Source: Schizochytrium sp. TIO01 | Taxonomy: Eukaryota; Protista; Bigyra: Labyrinthulomycetes | Length of the DNA: 64,000 nt | NCBI GenBank assembly: GCA_004764695.1 | Contig: SMSO01000025.1 | Span: forward strand, 2,108,001-2,172,000 | Direction of reading: 5' to 3' | Shown here: piece after piece, positions 56,979 through 64,000 of the stretch | Layout: the number at the start of each line of letters is the position of its first letter | Position numbering within the stretch: the stretch's first letter is position 1 | Made by a program: the position numbers and the translations under genes | The notes under the pieces: model-generated | The model's database searches: none | Told to the model about the DNA's origin: nothing | The model's input: the letters and a program-made list of their open reading frames with translations, nothing else

Positions 56979-59900
56979 TTATTGCAAGGAAGAACCTAGA
57001 AATCTACGGCGTAGAAACCCACGTAAATTTAAAAGAAAACGACGGTCAGATGGTGTCGATGAGACAATGATGTTGCCGTAGCCCCTACGAAAGTATTTTC
57101 GGTGATTTCTTTGAGAAATAAGGGTAAAACCATGATTTTCGAAGAATTTGTGGAGGTTTTTTTCAGTCACGCAGTCCAATTCTTCTTCAGTAAAAGGTGG
57201 CGGTAAAGTTTCTTGTTCATCAATCTCATCTTGTGAGGCAAGATCTGACCCCGTACTGTCAAATGACCCTTCCATGCGCAACCTAGGAAGTGAAAGAACG
57301 TCAGGGTTCGACTCAGAAGACGCCAACGCATCCTCATTCAACTGTTTGTAGCTGGAGTATGTACGTTTTGGGGAAGCCCATTCATAATCCAGTAAACCTT
57401 GCACTTGCATTGAATCCCTTTTGAATTCTAACCTCTGGTTGGCAAGATCATAACTGGAGTACGCGTACTCAGATCCGTCATTAGAGAGCTCCTCTTCACC
57501 TTTAGGCGCTCTTTCTTGACCTTCCTTGTCAGAAATAGGATGTTTTGAAGTTATATACCGCGGCTCACCATGGCTTGAAGAATCACTCTCATTGCCTGTG
57601 AGGTCAAAAGACCTAGGGTCCTCCCGAAGGCTCTGAACCAGGTGTGAATACATTTCATTGTTGCTTGGAGAAAGCCCTCCGTGTGCTGTTCTACTACTCT
57701 TTTTCTTCGCAGATGATTGTTTCCTAACGCTGGGGACTTGCCTCATCCGGAAGTCTGGCATTTCTTGAGATTGAACGGTCGGTGGTCCTTTTAACCATTG
57801 TCCCGCAACTTGCTGAGGCAAAACCTGAGGGAGCGGCAATTGCTTCTCAGAACCTTGGGTTTCAGATTCTGGCTGGTTCACCGATGTTATAAGGCCGCTA
57901 ATGACACTCTGGAATGAGTCATGAGAATAACATTCTCTGAGACTGGGGGAGTCCCCTCTCAACGACTTCGCAACGCACAACACCTCATTTTCTTCTTGGC
58001 AACTACCCGCCACACAGTAACATTCGTCGACAGAACCCTCGTTCGAGAATGTTGATCTTTCATCTTCCTCGGAAACAAAATCTTCTGCGTCCGACAGGTT
58101 TTGCTGCCATGTATCCACTCCTGGTGACAGGGTTGCCCACCCACACGAGTCTTTTGTACTGGAGGCCTCCCATGACGCACTGAAATATGCAGCTGTGTAA
58201 TAAGTGGCATCAATTTCCTCAATTCTGTTCGTCTTCGCTTGACCCCGACACACTGTTTTCCAAGCAGTTGAGCTTTGCAAGCTATTGCAATCGGCAGGAT
58301 TCGGTTCAGTTTTCGAATCATTGACCATGGGTATTGGCAGGCTAGTATCCATAATTCGCAGATCGCTTTCATTGTCAAACGTCTCTGGGTTCGCTGGCTT
58401 CCATGGGGGTGAATTAGGAGATAGTGGCTTGCTCTTGTTTTCAGACTTTCCGTTCTCCAACTGTGCCCCTAAATAATTTTGCGAGGTAGTTTGACATTCT
58501 TCATATGGTATGGCTGGCTCAGAATCGGATAATATCTCGTGGCCTTGGGAAATATCGTCGATGTTTGAGAATATTAATTTCTCATCTTCCTCAGAATCAA
58601 AGTCTTCTGCGTCCGACAGGTTTTGCTGCCATGTATCCACTCCTGGTGACAGGGTTGCCCACCCACACGAGTCTTTTGTACTGGAGGCCTCCCATGACGC
58701 ACTGAAATATGCAGCTGTGTAATAAGTGGCATCAATTTCCTCAATTCTGTTCGTCTTCGCTTGACCCCGACACACTGTTTTCCAAGCAGTTGAGCTTTGC
58801 AAGCTATTGCAATCGGCAGGATTCGGTTCAGTTTTCGAATCATTGACCATGGGTATTGGCAGGCTAGTATCCATAATTCGCAGATCGCTTTCATTGTCAA
58901 ACGTCTCTGGGTTCGCTGGCTTCCATGGGGGTGAACTAGGAGACAGCGGCTTGGATTTGTAGCTCTGCAGCTTAATTTTATTCACGAACTTTAGTGAATC
59001 CGCTCCCCATGCTCTAGTTCCAGAGTCTTGAACAGGTGCGACAGAACCATGCGGGCGGTTTACCTCCCGCATACTAAGAGCAACTGGTTTTCCTTCAGTT
59101 GGGGCCGAACTCTGGTTGATGTATTCTTTCGCACGCGTATCTTTGCTCGAGGAACCAACAAGAAGCGGAAAGTCTTTCGAACTAGGAAACGCAACTGGTT
59201 CTGTCTGAGCATTTAGAGTTTCGCTGCGAGAATCATTTGCCCCGCTCCCTTTTATCTGCCAAGCCTTAGCTTGTGGCATAGAAGCAACGTCAACGGGCTT
59301 AGGGGTATAATGTTCTACAGCCGCACTCTTGGGAGGTGGATACCTTGTCACAGGAGTGGGAGATGAATTTGTTCGTGAAGAAATGACACTTCCTTTTTTG
59401 TTTGAGCTTGGTCGTTTTGAGACCACAAACGGGAAAAAAAGATCTGACGAAGTCATTTTGGGCTCAGCCTTTTGTGAGTTTGGAGCACCAGCACGCCACT
59501 TGCCAGATAATTGTGGAAGGTTTCGTTCCTCCACCAATTCTGGTGATAATTTATGAGCACGCTTAGGCTTGGAGTTCGTCACAAGCGTCCACTCATCGTC
59601 GACACTGCTGATTTTCGATACTAAATGTGGATCTAATGCTTCAACGGATTGTTCGTTTGTACTCAAGTGACTGCAGACGCGATCATGAACTTTCCTATTT
59701 AAGGCAGTGTTCCTCTCTAAGAAAGAGACGACAGGATTTAAGCTATCGTTAACCTCTTTATTTTGTTGCGTCTGTTTAGGAGAGGGCCTGCCTGTTTTAG
59801 GAGATAAGACCATATGTACAGACGATGGGGCAAGGGCAAGCGGTTGACCCTTGCATTCTTGTTGCTCCTCCTTCTCAGCTCGATTCGTAACACGTGCTTG

Positions 59901-61535
59901 ATGGAAGAGATTCGAAACCGATGAGTCGGTCCTTGAAGGTGCAGGGTGGTAAGCTCTGCGTAGCTTTACCAGCCAGGACTTAATACGGGCTTTGAATTGG
60001 AGCAAAGCAAAACATTTTGCCCAAAGCTTTAATGCTTTGAGGCGGTCCCTTGAAGATTGCAAAGTCAGGTGCCTTATTAAGATTTCCTCTTGCTTATCTA
60101 TGCTTAAAGACATACCTGTTGACTTTAACTCGGGAAAGCATGCACCATGTTTCTTAAAGCACTTGTGACAATGCAACTTCAAGCACTTTGGGCAAACAAA
60201 TTGTAATCTCCCACCTACTAAGCCTATTCCGGAGCATCCAAGACATGTTGCCAACTCCACACCGTGTTGAATTTTTGTATACCTCTCACGAAGATTCTTT
60301 TGACGTATCATGTCACCAATGATCTGTGCTTTAAAACCAAGGTTTGGCTTCGCATTCGCACTTAATGTCAATCTGACATTGCTGTAAAGTACTATACCTC
60401 TATCAACATAACATAGTTTTATGACAGGTAAGGTTGGAAGGACCTTCTCTTTGTATCGTGCATCAACCTTTGCAATAGCATTGACTTTCTGCGTCAGCAA
60501 GTCAATGTCTGCTTTATTTTGGCCTTGGATGAGTGCTTTAGGAAAGCTTCCCAATAGAAACGCAGTTAGGTCTTCTAAATTCGTCTGAAACATAGCGTTC
60601 CTCGAACGATTTTTGAAGCTATCTACACACGAAGCAAAACTTTGAGAATTGCCGTCAGGAATAGTATATGCCTTGACTGGAGCAATTTGTTGTAGGGAAA
60701 GCATTATCTCAAGTAGATGTTGATAGCTGCGGGGGGTCGTTTTACAGCATGGTGCTTGCGAGCCTTCATCCAAAGCCAATGAAGCACACTTTTGACACAA
60801 TGCACTGCAACATGTTGCACAGAATCTGCATGTCAATAGGATGACGGCAGCTTTGCAGCCCCTTCCCTTACAAAGGCTGATTTCTTTTGCTGGGCTCGCG
60901 TCCTGCACAAATTTGAAGAAGCACATATCGTAGAACCTCAGCAGTGCCCAGAATTCGTTGAGACGAAAAGGGTGGGTTTTGGCGTCATGTTTCCTGGTGA
61001 TTACGACTTCGTGGGTGCCGTTCACGTATAGCTTCTTTTTGCCAGAGGGGCGAAGATCAATGATGCGTCCAAGGGCGCTTCCCGGGAGACCAAGAATCCC
61101 ATACCTCAATTGGTATTCTTGTATCGACTTCTTTTTCGCATAGAATATGAGACTCTTGGAGTCGCGCGAGAAAAACAGAGTCGTAGGCATTATGCCAGCC
61201 AAGGATTTTGCTGTACGTATTAATTTGAAACCGACCACAACTTGCTGGTAGCATATCTTCGCTTCATCGTCCGAAAGCTGTTTCTCTTTGCCTACGTTTT
61301 TTCGGAAGTTTACCCAGTCCATAACGTCTATCCCATACGTAGGGTCTGTTGTTAACTTGCTCCAGTTCTTGTACAACATCTCTAGTTTGGTCATCTCAAT
61401 CCCACGATTCTCAAGGATTCTTTTCATCTGCTCTGCAAAGCAGCTGCCTTCCTCTAGGATATTGCGGAGTGGCATCGTCTCTTGCATGCGCTCCTTTTGA
61501 GCTTGCAACTCATCCTTAACCTCCCCCAAGTCCAT
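56979..61535 (-). CDS. Large hypothetical protein: Cys-rich Zn-finger-like clusters, long disordered region with an internal duplication, C-terminal HicA-like domain
   Basis: 1518-aa ORF with clusters CRFCATCCSALCQKC and CLGC..CPKCLKLHCHKCF..H..C. The C-terminus is KFFENHGFTLISQRNHRKYFRRGYGNIIVSSTPSDRRFLLNLRGFLRR. Confidence 0.75.
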   Translation of the reverse strand: MDLGEVKDELQAQKERMQETMPLRNILEEGSCFAEQMKRILENRGIEMTKLEMLYKNWSKLTTDPTYGIDVMDWVNFRKNVGKEKQLSDDEAKICYQQVVVGFKLIRTAKSLAGIMPTTLFFSRDSKSLIFYAKKKSIQEYQLRYGILGLPGSALGRIIDLRPSGKKKLYVNGTHEVVITRKHDAKTHPFRLNEFWALLRFYDMCFFKFVQDASPAKEISLCKGRGCKAAVILLTCRFCATCCSALCQKCASLALDEGSQAPCCKTTPRSYQHLLEIMLSLQQIAPVKAYTIPDGNSQSFASCVDSFKNRSRNAMFQTNLEDLTAFLLGSFPKALIQGQNKADIDLLTQKVNAIAKVDARYKEKVLPTLPVIKLCYVDRGIVLYSNVRLTLSANAKPNLGFKAQIIGDMIRQKNLRERYTKIQHGVELATCLGCSGIGLVGGRLQFVCPKCLKLHCHKCFKKHGACFPELKSTGMSLSIDKQEEILIRHLTLQSSRDRLKALKLWAKCFALLQFKARIKSWLVKLRRAYHPAPSRTDSSVSNLFHQARVTNRAEKEEQQECKGQPLALAPSSVHMVLSPKTGRPSPKQTQQNKEVNDSLNPVVSFLERNTALNRKVHDRVCSHLSTNEQSVEALDPHLVSKISSVDDEWTLVTNSKPKRAHKLSPELVEERNLPQLSGKWRAGAPNSQKAEPKMTSSDLFFPFVVSKRPSSNKKGSVISSRTNSSPTPVTRYPPPKSAAVEHYTPKPVDVASMPQAKAWQIKGSGANDSRSETLNAQTEPVAFPSSKDFPLLVGSSSKDTRAKEYINQSSAPTEGKPVALSMREVNRPHGSVAPVQDSGTRAWGADSLKFVNKIKLQSYKSKPLSPSSPPWKPANPETFDNESDLRIMDTSLPIPMVNDSKTEPNPADCNSLQSSTAWKTVCRGQAKTNRIEEIDATYYTAAYFSASWEASSTKDSCGWATLSPGVDTWQQNLSDAEDFDSEEDEKLIFSNIDDISQGHEILSDSEPAIPYEECQTTSQNYLGAQLENGKSENKSKPLSPNSPPWKPANPETFDNESDLRIMDTSLPIPMVNDSKTEPNPADCNSLQSSTAWKTVCRGQAKTNRIEEIDATYYTAAYFSASWEASSTKDSCGWATLSPGVDTWQQNLSDAEDFVSEEDERSTFSNEGSVDECYCVAGSCQEENEVLCVAKSLRGDSPSLRECYSHDSFQSVISGLITSVNQPESETQGSEKQLPLPQVLPQQVAGQWLKGPPTVQSQEMPDFRMRQVPSVRKQSSAKKKSSRTAHGGLSPSNNEMYSHLVQSLREDPRSFDLTGNESDSSSHGEPRYITSKHPISDKEGQERAPKGEEELSNDGSEYAYSSYDLANQRLEFKRDSMQVQGLLDYEWASPKRTYSSYKQLNEDALASSESNPDVLSLPRLRMEGSFDSTGSDLASQDEIDEQETLPPPFTEEELDCVTEKNLHKFFENHGFTLISQRNHRKYFRRGYGNIIVSSTPSDRRFLLNLRGFLRRRFLGSSLQ
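58060..58952. repeat. Intragenic direct repeat, 333-bp identical core (58081-58413 and 58603-58935, offset 522)
   Basis: The ~125-aa block SKPLSP.SPPWKPANPETF...NLSDAEDF.SEEDE occurs twice in frame. Confidence 0.9.
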
Positions 61536-62706
61536 CTTCCTCGCCTCTTGCCCGAGTTAGTGAACGAGGATTTGCCTTTTGTTCCTCGTGCTCGTCTCGC
61601 TCTGCGTGGGTTTCTTCTTCCCTTCCTTCGTTGCAACTGCTTCTTCGAGTTCCGGGTTTGCTGCATTGATCGATCTGGTCGCACAAGGCCCCTTTCACTC
61701 CTTTCGCTCTAAAATTCGCTTATGCTCTGTCTTCCAACCCGAGCATAGTGGAAGAATGATGCAATCAATCTTTCATATACCAAGGATTCGGAAACTGTGC
61801 CGCTCTCAGTAGGTAAACATCAACACCCCGTTATTCTTGCAGTCTGCGGCGAGATCTGATCGCAGACTATCGCTCACTCGAGGGCCACTCCAAAACAATG
61901 TCGGCTAGCCCTCCAAGCCCTTCGAGCCCTTGCCTTCAATCCATTCGCCATGATCGAAGATGGTCTTGATCGTCACGTCCACTCAGGCGCCAAATTTTAC
62001 ACATGAGAGCGCTCTCAAGCGGTTGACTTCTATAGTTACTTCTATATAGTGCTTACCTACCTACCTTCACCTCATCGCACAACAAAAGTAATATTGCATA
62101 ACTGCCGAGTGATTTCTATCCACGTGCATTCTTCTTTGCCGTCAAAGCCCAAGTTTGACTGTCAGGTAGCTCGCGGGGCCCAGCAGGGGTAGGCCTGGCT
62201 GTGTCTGAAATTAAACTAGCTTTGGGCGCAAGGGAGGGCTGCCGGGATTGTTGATGTCTTCGACTTGGGCTGATCTAAAGTTCTGAGTTTCCCTGAAAAG
62301 TTCTTCCTCAATGGGTCGCTTCATTCTTTTTCTTTTCCCCACTGCCGATGGGAATCCTAACTCCTTAAGTGCCCCCCTTCTCGAAGTCTTCTCCACTTTA
62401 CCTCCTTGGGCTAGCGCATTACTTCAAGCTACTTAGCAAGTTTTAAAATATGTGTCTAACTCCCACAATAACCCCATATAAGACTGGTTAGTAAGCAAAC
62501 ATCTGCTCTCAGAGGGTACATTACTTAGTTGAAGTCCAATCTGCTCAGGCACCCACTCGTGCTCCGATTGTTCTTGCTGCCGATTTACTCCTCGCAGATT
62601 GATTCAGGCGTCTTGTCGGTGCTGTTCGACTTCCCGCCGTTGGTTCCATTCCTCTTGTCGCTTTTTGCCGGTCTCGTCGTTCTCTCCGGTCTCTTTTGCT
62701 CATCCG

Positions 62707-63762
62707 ATGTCGTTCAAGTCAGGCGCCTCCATGGCCATGGCCTTGAGCCGCGCTTCTATGGCCTCTCAGCGTTCTCTGCGCTCGCTGCGCTCTCTACGCT
62801 CTGGTCTCCCCGGCGCGCTCTCTATCCGCTCTGCTTCAGTTCTCTGCCCTCGTCTCCTCAGCCCTATTTCCACTCAGGGTGTTCGGAGTCTATCCTCTTC
62901 TGGCTCGTCTTCAGGCTCGTCTCCTTCGTCCACGCCGCCGCCCCCTGGGGAGTTTGTGCGCAAAGGTGACATGGTGGAGGTGGACCTGCTGATTCGCGAT
63001 CCCAGTGAGTCCGCAAATGGCGGTGTCCTTGTTGATACTTCTGTTGAGGGATCTCCTGTGAGCTTTGTGGTCGGCATGGGCCAAGTCATCGTAGGGTTGG
63101 AACAGCGCGTCCTGGGCATGCGTCTTGGGGAGTCGTGGAAAGCGACCCTGGGCCCTGATGAGGCTTTTGGACATATTTCCCAGGATCTTGTGGTCAAAAT
63201 TCCTTTGCGCAAGGACGAAGATGGCCGGATTGTCGAGACTGTGCCCGAAATTGACCACGTCGTGCGCTTGAGCAATGGAGCTGTTGGCACAGTGGTGTCA
63301 GTTACTGATGACTTTGTGGAGATTGACACTAACCACAAGATGGCAGGCAAGGACATTGAGGTTGAACTCAAGCTACGTGAGATTAAGGACCAGCTTGAGG
63401 AGGCGTGGTCTGGCGTACGCGTAGAGACTGTCACGGAGGGTGACAAGATGAACTACCCCAGAAATGGAGACATGGTCCATGTTCATTACACCTGCCAGCT
63501 CGCGAGCACCGGCAAGATTGTCGACTCGTCGGAGGCTACAGGACGCCCCCTTAGCTTCCAGATTGGCACGGGCCGAGTCATTCCTGGCTGGGATCAGGGA
63601 CTTCTCCGCGTTAGCCTTGGCGAGCGTGCGCGCCTTTATGTTGCTTCTGAGTTTGCCTATGGCTCTAAGGGTGCTGGTGGTGGTGTGATCCCCCCTAACG
63701 AGAACCTTGTCTTTGATATTGAGCTCATCGGTATCAACACTCTCCGCCCGCCTTCTCCTTAA
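62707..63762 (+). CDS. Two-domain FKBP-type peptidyl-prolyl isomerase (SlyD/SlpA-type + FKBP12-type) with putative organellar presequence
   Basis: Domain 1: FVVGMGQVIVGLEQRVLGMRLGE..LGPDEAFG..insert..IDTNHKMAGKDI. Domain 2: GVRVETVTEGD..VHVHYT..FQIGTGRVIPGWDQG..AYG..IPPNENLVFDIEL. The leader from ATG 62707 is Ser/Arg/Leu-rich with no acidic residues. Confidence 0.85.
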   Translation: MSFKSGASMAMALSRASMASQRSLRSLRSLRSGLPGALSIRSASVLCPRLLSPISTQGVRSLSSSGSSSGSSPSSTPPPPGEFVRKGDMVEVDLLIRDPSESANGGVLVDTSVEGSPVSFVVGMGQVIVGLEQRVLGMRLGESWKATLGPDEAFGHISQDLVVKIPLRKDEDGRIVETVPEIDHVVRLSNGAVGTVVSVTDDFVEIDTNHKMAGKDIEVELKLREIKDQLEEAWSGVRVETVTEGDKMNYPRNGDMVHVHYTCQLASTGKIVDSSEATGRPLSFQIGTGRVIPGWDQGLLRVSLGERARLYVASEFAYGSKGAGGGVIPPNENLVFDIELIGINTLRPPSP

Positions 63763-64000
63763 GCAGCGTGTGCATAGATTGATTGATCATGCGATTGGCT
63801 GATTAGTTGATTAATTTCATGCGTTCAAGAAGTTGCCAGGGAAACACTTTATACCCTTAACTTGAAATAAGTGAAGGAGTTAGGTTTGGAGTCCTTTGAT
63901 ATTTCCTCATATGCTTCAAATGAGCGTTATTGGAGCTATTCAGGCACATCCTTACGATTGCCTCCTAAGGGACCATGTGAGATTATCCATCGAGTATCCA

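Noticed and set aside
62529-63446. Overlapping ORFs on both strands of the FKBP gene
   Set aside because: Shadow ORFs expected in a GC-rich, codon-biased gene.

Overview
Eukaryotic DNA with apparently intron-less genes, the standard genetic code and AT-rich spacers. A CatSper auxiliary-subunit gene in such a compact genome suggests a flagellated protist such as a thraustochytrid/labyrinthulomycete (inference). The first 28 kb is a tandem array of eight minus-strand paralogues of a ~790-aa type II membrane protein with a GT25-family glycosyltransferase core. Six copies are intact and two are frameshifted. An inverted, frameshifted ninth copy and a 3'-end relic of a tenth lie at 37.5-40.3 kb. 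The array is mosaic: it holds a recent 3167-bp unequal-crossover duplication, swapped blocks between subfamilies, and very short hypervariable blocks around the catalytic motifs while the flanks are homogenised. The rest of the window has an IFI27/ISG12-like gene, a probable class-3 lipase relic, a CatSper-epsilon-like gene, a SAMHD1-like dNTPase, a TIR-like/NACHT/WD40 protein, an ankyrin-WW protein, a 1518-aa protein ending in a HicA-like RNase domain with a decayed tandem paralogue, and a SlyD-type/FKBP12-type double PPIase. The best candidates for an undescribed system are (i) a glycosyltransferase array diversified by recombination and (ii) an adjacent cluster of immunity-type genes. All family calls come from motif recognition by eye; no database search was run.
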